Of a stretch of 64,000 bases of DNA, positions 25,900 through 39,800 are shown piece by piece. The position numbers and the translations under genes are program-made. The notes beneath the pieces were generated by a model. The model had not been told where the DNA came from. It saw only the letters and a program-made list of their open reading frames with translations, and did not search any database. Origin of the DNA: Bugula neritina (lineage: Eukaryota > Animalia > Bryozoa); assembly GCA_964035545.1 (NCBI GenBank), contig OZ037772.1:6680889-6744888 (forward strand), read 5' to 3'. How positions within the stretch are numbered: the first letter of the stretch is position 1; every line of letters begins with the position of its first letter.

Positions 25900-27060
25900 C
25901 CGACATTGAAAAAAGAACTTGGTAATGACCGATAATCTATTAGATCAAAATCTGGAATCCATATTTCTCTGTCAGTCTAAGCAGTTGTCAACAGTCTCGT
26001 GAGTGCCATAAAAAAAGATAAGTGATTCGTAGACTGGTAAAGGTTGTGAATCACGTGCTTTAGGATATAAAAATCCCAGTAGAACTACTCCTGATTAGGC
26101 TTTTTTAATTCCACTCCACCTGCAACGGCGGGCGCTCTGTCTTCACTGGAGATGACCTAAGATGACAAGCTTGTACCCAAGACACAGCCGTTACCCTCGG
26201 TAGATAGCCAACATATTTTCAGAGACTGCATGCTGCCAACACCACTTAATTATCAGGTTGAATGGACTTTGCTCTCAACACGTAAAGACAATATTGGTAC
26301 ATTGGGAAGTTCAAATAACATAGCCGGCCATCGATGTCAATAAAAATTCACTACCAACCGTCGCCTGAGATATCATGTTCTCTTACACTAGATAACCACG
26401 TTCTGTCCTTGCAGAAAACTCAGCTATATCGTGATTATTTTCGCCGTCACCAGATGACAATGAAATGTTACCTGGGTTATCTCTTTGAAATAAATGCCTC
26501 TACTTTAAACCAGTTCTTTGAACTCATCCACTCTCTTGTCTAACATCAAGGCAAACTGTCCCAGCCCACCAAAGGTTTCCCCTCCTCTGCCCATCGTGGC
26601 TGGCTCCTTGCCTATCATTGAAAACATAGCCTCCTGCTCATCCCTCAGCCGGAGACCACCTGTGTCATAGTCAGACGCCTCAACCCAGCTGAAAATGTCA
26701 GGTCCTTACACTTCGACAAACTACTGCCAGGCCTGCAAGGAAGAAAAAGAGACACTCCTTTCTTTCAACCACCCCAGCTTGTCTAGTACCATACACAACT
26801 TAGGTCTTAGAGAAAAGTATCTACAGACTCAAGAGTAAAATGAACCAGCTGCCCTTCCCCGCTGCTGGCTGTCACTACTGAGCTAACCAGTGTCAAAGAT
26901 GCCCTTGCCAGCCATGAGCGTAAGAATCGACAATCTTGACAGGGAAGATAATTGTAGCCTGTGTTCTTTCAGCAGACCATATATGTTGCTTAAGGTAATG
27001 TTACCGTAACTCTTGTTCAGACAATAAGTAGTGATGCCTACCTCTACAGAATTAGTCTCG
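25900..27060 (+). mobile_element. Possible degenerate non-LTR retrotransposon 3' fragment nested in the Gypsy 3' LTR
   Basis: GC-richer decayed coding-like sequence. YCQACKEEKETL (~26720-26758) resembles the C-terminal CxxC...ET zinc knuckle of LINE ORF2. No other motif recognised. Confidence 0.3.
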
Positions 27061-27439
27061 GTGCCTAGGTTAACTATATGCATTGCAGTGAATTTATAAT
27101 TAGTGTTTAAAATAAATCTATTCATTCAACCATTACAACAACTCGGTTCTCTCTAACAAACCTTCTATAAAGGTTATGCTCCAGTAGTGGAAACACAAAA
27201 TATAATCCACACTGGTAGGAGCCCGCAAAACTACCACAGTATAACTAAGCACTAACTGCTGCATCACTAAAAGAAAAGGTGAGAAAAGACCAATTTATTA
27301 TGCTATAGTTTACCCTGGCTACAAGTTAGAGCTACAAACAAGTTTTAGCAATTTTTTTTTTTTCTGGCCTGTATTTTGTATGATAATTATATTAAAACGT
27401 AAACATGCAGATTGCTAAGTATTTGATAAGAAAAGTTAT

Positions 27440-27618
27440 AAAATAGATAAAATGAAACTGGTTGTCACTCCCCGTGCCATTTGTTCACTTAGCTACGCGC
27501 TACTCCAGTATAACTATCTACTGTAGCTATACTGCACCACTTCACTACTTACTGCTCTATAGCACATGTAGCCACCTAATAGCTACTCTATCATTTCATA
27601 TAACAAAGTTGGGTAAAG
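27440..27618 (+). promoter_or_regulatory. Module M5, closest module to the ATG exon of copy C
   Basis: GATAAAATGAAACTGG, ctccagtataactatctactg body, GG|GTAAAG donor at ~27613. Confidence 0.45.
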
Positions 27619-28290
27619 ATCATATATTTTTCTTTACTATTTTTATATTATAGGATACTAATTAATAGAGTAGAATAGCAGATCTAATTTTGGTGGTTGC
27701 ATATTAACTATAATAAAAACATTGCCTCCTTCATAAGTTTGCTGCTAGAAATGTATACAATTTATAGGTCAATTGGTAGAGAAAATATTATGCTTTGTGT
27801 TGTGCGATGAACTTGAAAAATTTTGTAGCCTTTATAAATTGTCTTAGTTTATCACCTATTTCAACATTGCATCGGGTTTTAGGAATGGTGAATCAGTGAG
27901 TTCTTTTTCTTTTGTGGCATTCTTCTGTAGATTAATCTGGAGATTACATCTGCTTGTAAAATTGTAAATATCTGTCTGCTTCCACTATAGCAAGTGCATG
28001 GGTGGTTATTTGTGTATCTGTGTAAACATAAAATTTGTTTGCACAATTTGTACAGACCATACCAAAACCATCATTCTTATACTATTATAGAAAAATGAGG
28101 TTCCTTTTCCCTCTATATCTCATTTTTTATGCTCTTTTTGTTTCTCTCTTTCTCTCTCTTTCTCTCTCTCTCTCTCTTTCTCTTTCTCTGAATGTTGTTT
28201 ATTTTTCTCCTTGTGCCTGGCAAAAACTATATATTTTGCCTCAGAATTTTCCCCAACAAAATAAAAATTGTTTTATATTGCAAATTCAAG

Positions 28291-31200
28291 ATGGCTGCCC
28301 AGCAACTACCAGAATGGTATGAGTGTGGTTATTGTGTCTCTAGAAGGGATGGCATGAGAGATCCAAGAGAGCTGTCTTGTCAGCATGTATTCTGTTTGAG
28401 TTGTATTCAAGGACATTATAGTAAACATAAAACTGTGACATGCCCTACTTGTGGGTGAGTAGAAATTATCCAGCGTGTACTAGATTGATATTTTCTAAAT
28501 TCATCCAAGCAATTATTTTAAATTGTCTAAAATATCTTGAAGCTATTATAAATATGCAAGATACTGCACAAGCAAATCTTGAGTATTACCAGTTACATGT
28601 AGTGTGATCTCGAAACATGTAATGCAGTAAAAGCTTTACAATAATGATGGTGCTATGCTTTTCATATTTATTGTTAATAAAAAATATTCTGCACTTTTGA
28701 AGCCATGCTAATAGCATTAATTTCTATGATTTTATTGATGATGGTGGTCATGTATTCAAGTCCTGCCTAGAAGTTGTTGGTATATTTTTTGGTATTTTTC
28801 ACATAATGGAATGTCATGAATTATACTGGTAACATCATGGGCTGTAATGAAATTATTGCAGAGAAGTGTATGACTCACTGCAGTTTGAAGAATTACCGAA
28901 GGTTGTCATAGCAACTGGTGATTCTAGTACTCTGTACTGTACAGCTCATGGATGTCAAGGTCAAATGGCTACATGCTACTGTGTGAAGTGTGAAGTTATG
29001 TTCTGTACTCAACATCAACAGGTATATTATACCTCAACTACTGCATGTCCAAATTCCAAGGCCAGGAATCAGTACAATATTGTGTTACTTGTAAATATCT
29101 GTTTTATTTTTAACATCAACAGGTAAAATAATGCACGAGTAAATTTATAATAAATTTCTTAGATATTACACTCCAAAGCTATACACATGTACGCACACAC
29201 ACACACACGCACGCACGCGCACGCACACGCACGCACACGCACGCACACGCACGCACACGCACGCACACGCACACACACACACATACACACTTAAACACTT
29301 ACACTTACGCACACACACACCCACACCTAGTATATGAATTATACATGGTTGCTACACTTATGCACGCACACACATGCACACACACATGCATACACACATG
29401 CACACACACATGCATACACACATGCACACACACATGCATACACAGATGAACACACACACACGCACACACAGGCACACACACGCACACACACGCACACACA
29501 CGCACACACACGCACACACACGCACACACACGCACACACTTACACACACGTAGTATATGAATTATACACGATTGCTACACACATGCACACACACATGCAC
29601 ACACACATGCACACACACACACACACATACACACTTACACACGCACACACTTACACACTTACACACACACACCTAGTATATGAATTATACACGATTGCTA
29701 CACACATGCACACACACATGCACACACACTCATGCAGACATACAAATGCCCAAAGGCATGTATGAGGAGACATTTGCCTGTGAATGCAAGTATATGTATA
29801 TGTGCATTTGCATGTGCAAGTGTGTCTCAACTTTCTTTTACATTGTTTTATTTTCAAACTTTTGGATACTGCTTCAAATAAAAATATTGGAGTTATATGG
29901 TTATCTATTATGTTAGATTCCACTGAAATTTGATTTTAATTACAGGCACACAAAGCAATGTATGGTGAGTCTCACAAGGTAGTGGACATTGATGTCTACA
30001 AGAGATCACCTGCCAGCTACAATAAACCAACATGTGAAAATCATCAAGAAGTTTTAGTGAGAGCTTGTAAGAAATGTGACAAACTGATCTGCTTTGAGTG
30101 TGAGATTGACGGATATGACTGCACAGGTATGTAAAATAGTGTTCACATATATAACCGAAAAGTAAAATTGAAAGTATTGCTTCATGGTTGCAATACAGAG
30201 TACAATTTCACTGAATAAAAATAACAAAATCGCTATATTATAGTTTTTGCAGTTTATCTAAATAATATAAAATCATTATAAAAATAAAGTTGCAAGATTT
30301 TTTGTCATCTACTGATCTGTAGATGAACATTAGGTGTGTATTTTAGCTAAAAACAAATTGTGTTAGCAATGCAGTGTGTCTTTTGATTTAACAGTCATTT
30401 TGTGCCAACTTTCTATGAGCTCAGCAGTATAGTTGTGTAGATTTACAAGACTATTTGACAATAAGGTTTAATAAGGTTTAATAAGCCCTTTAGCCAAACT
30501 GATCTTTTATAATTTACTTTACAGTTATACTTAAATGAATAATCGATTACTTGATGTTTGCAAGTGAGTGATGAAAATTTATACTAGACACTTTCCTTTT
30601 ACGTTTTGCTGGGTGTCAAAATACTAAAAATGGAAATGCAGTATATATAGGGTGATGGGCTTTATTTGCTGTTTGTATGTGAATTTTGGCATTCAGTTTC
30701 TGATTGATTACTACATTCGGCATAATATTTTTTTTATAGATCAAGAAAAACATGATTTTAAATCTCTCACATCACTGAAAGAAGAGGTAAACACCTACTT
30801 TTCTACACAGCTGAAAGTAATTGCTGAAAAGATTACCAAGATATGTACTTTGGACAAGAAAGTTTGGAATGATCTTGACGATCAAGAACAAAAGTGTTCC
30901 GTTGTTATAAGAGAGATAGAGACAGTTAGAGATGAGATGGTGAGTGGTTAGTCAAAGTTTCTTTTTGTGATAGATTTTTAAATTACCAACATTTCTATAC
31001 ATGTACGTATCCTTAAATGATTAAACTTTAGAAAAAAATTTAGGTCAACATTAACAATGTGTAATAAATTTAATATCACTATCTTTCGAATTCATATATA
31101 TTGTCATTAGGTCGTTAAGATCCGTAATGGCTATATGCAGTTTCACACAAGTTTGGCTCACTAAACAAAGTGATAAATGAAGTATTTGTGATGGCATCTT

Positions 31201-34200
31201 TTGCACTTTTTAATAGATAACAATTAAAGTTGATATGTTCTTGAAAATTGATTACGATGATACTGTGTTCTAAAATTAGACAGCAACACTTATAAAATGC
31301 AAGAATAAAATAATGCTTCATACATATACTAAAACACAAAATTAACTTCTCACAACTAAGAAACTATTCCATGTTAGCCAATAAACTAAATTGAAAGTTT
31401 TGTGGGTGAAAACAAAAGTATATTCAGTGAACCCAAAGCAAACCTTTCTCACAAAACTCTTAGTTAAAACTAATCCAGAAATGTAAAAATTTAAATTGAA
31501 CATTTCCCCTCAAGAGATTTTGCATTTTTGCTAAATATGTTCAAACCAGATAGAAAGGCATGTGTAAATATTAAAATAATTATTTTTCACTAAATCAAAA
31601 TTTCCTGCAACTAAAACGCTTTTCTTTGAATTAATCAAAGTTTGTCATATAAAGTCTGAGCTTGAAACAAAGCTGAGATGTAATTAGGTCAAAATGCATT
31701 CATATAAATCAAGTAAATTGTTTTTTTGAATTCACATTATTTTGTTTACACAACAGCAATATTTTAGATAAAAATAATAACCAATGAGAGTCAAGAGCTG
31801 ATTGACAGAGTTGCAACCCACAAAGTCAAAGTGACCAATCAGGTGGAGGATTTTTACAACAAGCTGATGCTGAAGAAAGATGGGTTGGAGAAGACACAAG
31901 CTGAGGTACATCATCTGCTGAAAGATGGTCATGTGACTGAGAAGATCAGACAGAAGAAGAGAGTAACAGAAGAGCTAGAGAGACATGATGCAGATAAACT
32001 GGATGATTGTGAACTTGTTGATCCACCAACTGTAATAAATACAGGTTTGTGAAGTTTTCATTTGAAAATATCTTCTGACACTAAGTCCAACCTGTACAGA
32101 AAAATTGCTGACTATCTCAAAAAGATGGAAGGATAAAGGCAGGTAACAAGTGCTCTCCAAATGCAACCTGATTACTTTAAATAACTAATAAACAGAAAAC
32201 GTGCGTTGGTTATTTATAAAGAGCAATTTTAATCGATAACTTATTGGCAAGCAGAACTTGGTTGAAAACCTATTTGGAGTTTATTAGAGTACTAGTCTAA
32301 TCCACAAGGTGACTCCGCCACACCTCCTTACACACAATAAAGCACACCCAAGAAGAGTATGTTAACTTAGTTTTAAAATAAAACCCCTGAGCTTCCACTA
32401 GATACATCAAGAAAATATACCCCAAAAGAACAAATTTGACAGGTTTAATATGTGTTAACCTAGAAGATGGATAAATGTAAAGCCAGACGTTGGTACAATT
32501 AAACATAAAAGATTACTTATGGTAGTGTACAGTTTGCAAAACCTTATTGCATTGACAAATAACATGCAATTACGCTAGGTTTTCGACCAAAATGTGGATA
32601 TAGTACCTGTAGACCTCAGTGATAAATTTTCATTAGCCTCTCCTACACACCTGGTACTGTTTCTTGAAGACACTTTGATTTTATTTTTGGATTTCGTGTT
32701 GGTTTTTTTCAAATTCGATTGCTTATTGACAAACTGCAAGTCCACGCAAGATAGATAAGGGAAACCTTTTAGCTTTCACTGCCTTGCTGAAGCCACATTA
32801 TTGGTATATTAAAAGAATTTAGTCCAGCCAAATAAAACCTCACTTAATTGTACTAGAATTAAAATTTAAAAACCGTGTTTTAGATCTTTCTGTTCTTCAG
32901 AGCACTTGCTTTTTTGAGTTGTCAATATTTTTTTGCAAAGGTATAGACAAAAGTCTACCCATTTTTGGCCAATTTTACCTGAAAAATATATTTTTCAATC
33001 TCTGCCAAATATCTCAGCAGGAAAGCATGGTATTCGAATAAAACAAACACTGTAGGAAACCTGAGAAATATATTATGCTTTGCAAATTTTCTAATCTTTT
33101 CAATAGCTTTCATAGATTTTCTACAAGTTAGTGATTTATACACCGAAAATGGAAGATTTTTTCCTTAGTAGTCACCAATGCACAGCACTTTGCGCTTCAG
33201 TGAACACGTAGAGATAAGAAGATGGAATGTTGATAGCTGCATATTATTCATAGTGTAATCTCAGGCTAAACAATCACAAGTAGGCAACACACATGCCACC
33301 CACATAGCATTAACATAACAAGAACTTAAACTAGATTGTGAGCGAAATTTATGATATTCTCAGTGAGGATGCTCTAACTATCCTGTGCACTAATCATGTT
33401 TCAAAAATATGCCCATACGGGCGTATGGCCTAGAACAGTCTATTTTCTTCTAGGCCATACGGCGTATGGGACCGTATGGGTACCACTAAATCCCTGCATA
33501 CACATAGGCCTATACCTGACATGCATGTTATATATGCATGTACATACTAAATTAGACATATGTATATAATCTTTAGTAACTACAGGCATATATAAGCAAA
33601 AATATACAAAATTTGTAGCAATTACATCAGATGATTTTCTCATTTTCTTATTTATAGATTTATTCTAACCATCTTAACATCAAGAAATATTTTTGAAAAA
33701 ATAGAATATACTTTCTAAAAAAAATTGATTTCTAATAAACATTAAATGATAAACACTATTTAGCATTTTACAGGTCAAATCACAAGTAGACTGTCGAATG
33801 TCAGTCTAGTAACAGTTCCTTCTTCACTGACATTCATATCTGAACATGAGACAGATGGTGGGTGTTTCTCAGCCAATCACAGACAAGATGGTAAAATACT
33901 CATAGGTACTGGTAATGGAATACAGTTACTGAGTAGAGATGGTAATGAGCTTAGTGAACACAGTACAAGTGAGAAGATAGTAACAGGAATAATTGAGGCT
34001 CCTCAGAATGTCTTTATTTTACACAGAGAAGGTGACATAGATAAGGTAAAGATGTGTTTAACTGGTGACATCACGAAGAGAAAACAACTGTTTCAGTTTG
34101 ATAGAACAAGTACTGATGAAGCAGTAATGGCAGTCTCCGACAGATATGTTGTGGTGAATCATTCAGATACTAAACAGCTGATTCTCTATGACTTCATCAC

Positions 34201-34880
34201 TAAACAGACAGAGACTATTCATCCTGATGTGTATCCAGTTGGTCTACACTTTCTACCAGATGGTCATCTGCTAGGAGTTGGTGGAGGTAAACTGATAAAG
34301 TACAAAGTAGAGAATGGAGAGCTGACTACAGTCTGGACATGTGATGGTGTAAAATGTGGATACAGCGTCTGTAATGATTCTACTGGGCTCATCTATGTTT
34401 CTGGATTGAACTTGAAGTTGCTTTACATCATTTCTCCATCAGGTGCTGTTGCTTAAGCATGTGTATACTTCGAGTGGAAAACTCTAAATATAATTTCAGA
34501 GTTTATCAAAAGTGTTAGAAATGTCGAAGATTATTAGCAAAACCTATATTGAAAGTTTTTGAAATACTTTCTCCATAATATAGTCACACTGCTGAAATCT
34601 ATTTTTGGGTACCCCCACATTTTTCATATAATTCACAAATCTTGTCTATAAATTATGAAGTAAATTGCTTGCACTTTGATATTTTTTTATAAACTTTCCA
34701 GTTAAGTTTGTTTTCATTGCAGTGTATATTTGCATATATTAAACAGGTGTTCTTCTCAAGAAACTGACTCATGATAAGTTACCAACTGAATTTGGTGGAA
34801 TACCGAGTATCAGAGATGGAATACTGGCTGTACCTGGTTGGGAAGAAAAGAAGTTGTATCTTTTTAAAATAGAAACCTAA
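28291..34880 (+). CDS. TRIM-like E3 ligase copy C (RING-Bbox1-Bbox2-coiled coil-six-bladed NHL-like propeller), 594 aa, intact
   Basis: Exons 28291-28454, 28862-29021, 29946-30126, 30740-30939, 31768-32044, 33774-34442 and 34747-34880 total 1785 nt, all GT-AG and in frame. RING CGYC-x14-CQH-x2-CLSC-x12-CPTC. B-boxes CTAHGC...CYCVKC...FCTQH and CENH...[13 protein letters not shown]. Blades such as [13 protein letters not shown] and [15 protein letters not shown]. Confidence 0.93.
29180..29740. repeat. Compound (CA)n/(CGCA)n microsatellite with three copies of tagtatatgaattatac in intron 2 of copy C
   Basis: Directly visible. Confidence 0.95.
33412..33496. repeat. Hairpin at the end of a probable hAT-like non-autonomous element in intron 5 of copy C
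   Basis: cccatacgggcgtatggcctagaa / ttctaggccatacggcgtatggg near-perfect inverted repeat, then a ...CCCTG terminus. The region ~32075-33496 has no counterpart in the introns of other copies. Confidence 0.45.
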
Positions 34881-35993
34881 GTAATGTGCTAAGCAAATGT
34901 TAAACTTGGTTGTCAATATGCTCTATATTTTACATTTTTATTCATATTGTTCAAAATTTGAATTTAACGGCATAATTGGTTGCTCTTATAACTATATATT
35001 CTGAATGATTTGGCTTTTCACAAGTCTAATGACATTCTTTAAACATTCCCTATGAGTGTAATTTTATCAACTCGCGAGAAACATTTTTAATACGATTCTT
35101 GCCACAAATACTTATCATTTTTTGACTGATAACGGCACATTCAATAATATCTAATAGTTATATTTGCCATATTGCCTTTTATAGTTAGTTGAGTTTAATC
35201 AGAGTCAGTTACCAGAATAATTATGTCTTTAATACATCCCTGCTTTTGCAAATGTTATATTATATTATATAACTAAACTATTATGCAAAAGTTGCTTGTT
35301 TAGCAAAACATCGAAGCATGTACTGCACATATAATATTTTATTAATAATAAAAAGTATTTCTATATATAGAATTTATAATAATTTACTTTCCAACTGAAG
35401 TTGAAGGTTTTTTCACAAAATCTTTTTTAAATATTTGATGAAATGTAATAAGAAATAAAACACAAAAGCTAGATATGTTGCCATTAATTGTTTTTATCAA
35501 GCTAGCTAAAGCTATAGTATGTGTTTGCAAATAGTTCTTGTTTTACCTTATATAGTAGATAGAATGTTTGCAACTGTTTATTGCTGCATGGAAATATTTT
35601 TATTTGAATTCATAAAAGAAATTTATAAAAAATATATCATTTCAATACATGCTTATATTTAAACATGAAATACTAACAGTTTTATAATCTATAATATATA
35701 TGATTGCATACAATTAAATTAATTAATAATGAACTGGCATAGAAGTTTTTTTAAAATAATAACCAAGCGGTAAAAAGTGATAGGTTACTAATATGGAATG
35801 ATACAGTATAAAGTTTGATGCTATTAATTTATATAACATATCACACAAAGAACACTAAGTAATTATCATTATGTTATATACAATTGCATTTATAACTTCA
35901 TAATTTATAACATGCTATATTTTTGAAGGTTATATATAACTAACAACATTCAAACTAGTTGATTTATATTCAATAGTGCTAGAATTTTATTAC

Positions 35994-36039
<46 letters not shown>

Positions 36040-36389
36040 AGTTCCTATAACACATAAAATAACAAAATTGTGAGATGTTATTGTTGATTATAAAAAAAAA
36101 TTTTTCACACAGTCTGTACTCTAGGTTAGCAGAGCTTTTTATATAAGAAAAAATACAGTGTACATTATGTGTACATGATGTTGTTAAACCATTCTTATAT
36201 AAAGCAGTTATTTTTAGGTATATGATGACATATTAAAATTTAGGGTTAAAACGTGGTGTTCTATATTGATCATCACATGCTTAATGGATATATAACAAAA
36301 TTATTGATCACAAAAGACCAGAACCATATAAAGCAAGTTTGATATAAGAGGTTAACATTGATCAATAGACAGTTATGCATAAATTATTA

Positions 36390-36550
<161 letters not shown>

Positions 36551-36802
36551 CTTAGAAAATAGATGTTTAATAACTTTAGGGTTTTACTCAAAATTAAATT
36601 TATAAAGAATAAAAATAAAAAGTACATTTTTACACACATGCAAACATATTATTGTATGAGATTGGAAAGTGGCCTAAATACTACCCAAAACAGATGAGAT
36701 TTATTTCATCAGTGACATAGCAAAATTAATTTTTTTTATACAAGATCGTTAAATTTATTTGCTCAACTTTTTTTTTGAAATCTCCCCACTAATGAACTTT
36801 AG

Positions 36803-39800
36803 AGAAGTGTGTGACTCACTGGAGTTTGAAGGTCTGCCAAAGGTTACCATAGCAGCTAGTGACTCTAATACTCTGTTCTGTACAGCTTGTGAATGTCAAG
36901 GTCAAATAGCTACATGTTACTGTGTGACATGCAAAAACAAGTTCTGTTCTCAGCATCAGCAGGTAAGAGAATATTCTCACTTTACTCCATTTTGTATATA
37001 TAGGGCACAGAAGAAATAGTATTTAAAAACTATTTATAGTGCATTTTGATAAAATATTTGAGGCTATGGTTATAATTTTGTAAAAATGTTGATAGGCCAT
37101 GTTAAAAATTAAAGTCCGGAATGTAACAGCAAATAAAGAAGTTTTTTATTTCCCATTTCACCTTTATAACAAAAATTGTTTACATAGAGAATTACTCTTG
37201 ACCGTTGTTTCAAAACTTATATTTAAACTGACTAAAGTTTTCAATATTCAAATCAGAGAATTTTTTTCTCTTCCAAATGTATAAGAGTTATATTTTAACA
37301 ATAAGCAAAGTTAGGTTGAGTCCATCAAACAGCATTTTTTTCTGCTTATATATCTTTATTTAAATTCTTTGCATATCAGCTGAAACAAGTATCTTTTAGA
37401 TGAAATTTGTTTTTTAATTTTGTATGAAATGTTTAGCTTCTACAGCATATGATGCTTTAAGAGGTTTCAAGCAGAATACATCTTTGACAGAATTTGTTCT
37501 ATTATTGAACGTGCACTGAGTTATAGTAAGTCATTGACCGCACATGACAATTACGCAGTGCAAATTATACAATACACATAATGTGTCAAGTGATCATATA
37601 AGTATAGCACAGGCGTTAAAAAAAGAAGTTTGGTTTCTAACATCGTTACTAAAACTACCTCAGAAAATGTTATCTTATCATTCTAGGCACACAAAACACT
37701 TCACAATGATGTTCACAAAGTGGTGGACATTGACGTCTACAAGAGATCACCTGCTAGTTATGATAAGCCGACTTGTGAACATCATCAAGAAGTTCTAGTA
37801 AGAGCTTGTCAGAAATGTGACAGACTGATTTGCTTTGAGTGTGAGATTGATGCAGAAGACTGCACAGGTAATATTTGGTAATTCACTGTTGAAAAATTGT
37901 TTCTAAAGAACACTTTTCACTGAGGTGTATCACTACATTCACAAAACTTCGAATAGATCAGTACGGGTGCTGATATGTATGTATTTGTGATTGCAGTTTG
38001 TATTAACTTATAGTTCTGGCTTCAATAGGTGCAACTGCTTTCAAACTATGCAAAAAAAAAAAATTCCATAATTTGAAGCTTCAAATTGCAGTGATGCTTT
38101 AAACCACTCAGCTATCCTTTGTTTTCTAATGATAATATGACAAGTTTTCACATGAGCTTGTAAACACAAAATGATCAACAATTTAGTCCTCAAAGTAAAA
38201 ATGGTTTTGCTTATCTTTTAAGATCAGTCAGTATCTTTATGTATCCATGAGAATTTTTTAAATTTTTGAACACTTATTTTATTTATTCATTGATTATTAC
38301 TCTTAATCACTTGAACAAAGCTCATACACTGTCATTTTATAATTAAATAATATTTTCCAGTTTCAACATCTGACTGAACAAAAAATAACTCACCACTTGA
38401 GAGTCTATATTGTTGTTAATTGGTTATAGCAAATGTGGAGTTTATTCTAAACTATAATGTACAATGCAATGGGCTACGCAAATGTAAGATTAAACAACAA
38501 TTTAGTAAACGTATAACAGATAACTGCTGCCCGATCTTAATTTAATTAAATGATAATTGTGACTTACAATTTAAAATAACTTAGTACCCCGGAAAAGTTC
38601 CTATTGAATTTTGACTCAATAGAAAGTCAAGTTATTGTATGATCAATAAATCTGCAACAATATAACAAGGAAATATTTTATTTTGGTGCTTACCGAAAAC
38701 AAACTTTGCTTGGTGAAATTTACATATGTTCAATGCTTTAGACTGTTTTGAAACACTGCATTACGTAATCAAATCAAAACTTTAGATCAAGAAAGACATG
38801 AGTTTAAATCTCTTACATCACTGAAGGAAGAGGTGAACACCTACATTTCCAGTCAGCTGAAAGTAATTGTTGAAAATATTACCAAGATATGTTCTTTGGA
38901 CAAGAAGGTGTGGAATGATCTTGATGATCAAAAAGAGAAATGTTCATATGTCATAAGAGAGATAGAGACAATTAGAAATGAAATGGTGAGTTTGTCAGTT
39001 AACTGCCTTTCACATATCATTGCTTGTTTTAAGTCTCATCACAATCATCACAGAATTATTTACAGTATTCAATTAGCTAGTATTGAAATTGCCTGGAAAC
39101 CACAACCATCATCATAATTATTTTCATGTTTATGAGAGCAGTCAACAAACGAGTTGTATAGTAATTTTATAAATTAAATTATGGTTTGTTCAAAAAGGAA
39201 AATATTTCAAGACATGCAGAGTATGTATAATATCACATTAGTTTCTATTTTGAAAGTAATAAATAAGCAAAGGAATTATCTTTCAATCCGTTTCTGCTTT
39301 AAGTATCTTTTACAGAAAATCAGAAGTTACTTTCTTACAAGTGCTGCGGATGAAAATAAATTTAAGTTATTTAAGGTCCAAATATTTTTTAACACGACAG
39401 CTATATAATATTCCTATCTGAGTTTTAAATGTTTATATATTGGGCTCAAAAATTTCTGCTTTTAGATCCAAAGAATAACTAATGAGAGTCAAAAGCTGAT
39501 TGACAGAGTTATCAATCACAAAGAAGAAGTGACCAATCAGGTGGAAGATTTCTACAACAAGCTGATGCTGAAGAAAGATGGGTTGGAGAAAACACAAGCT
39601 GAGGTGCATCGTCTGCTGAAAGAGGGTCATGTGACTGAGAAGATCAGAGAAAAGAAGAGACTAGCCAAAGAGATGGAAAGGCACGATGTAGAAGATCTGG
39701 GTGATTGTAATCTCACTGATCTACCAACCCTAATAGAGACAGGTTTGTGATGTTTTTAATTGACAATCAAAGAACATCTGCCAATTAGTTGGATCTTTCA

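Larger units (their letters stand above)
21797..27238 (+). mobile_element. Degenerate Ty3/Gypsy LTR retrotransposon with nested insertion
   Basis: TG...CA ends with 4-bp TSD GTAT. 5' LTR ~21797-22262. PBS TGGTGGCAGCGGTGAGAT (22264) is complementary to the tRNA-Leu 3' end. Protease ILLDSGCTTNLL at ~23660. RT motifs FCVDYHKLN, YFSTLEL, LPFG and YLDD (24140-24450) with stops and frameshifts. PPT at ~24933. Only the last ~150 bp of the 3' LTR remains (~27090-27238). Confidence 0.92.

Noticed and set aside
21797-27238. Gypsy RT as a diversity-generating mechanism for the TRIM genes
   Set aside because: The RT is broken by stops and frameshifts, there is no template/variable repeat pair, and paralogs retain introns. 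DNA-level recombination suffices.
28291-34880. Assigning a gene symbol (TRIM2/3/56/71, brat)
   Set aside because: No filamin domain and a divergent propeller. Orthology cannot be established from sequence reading alone.
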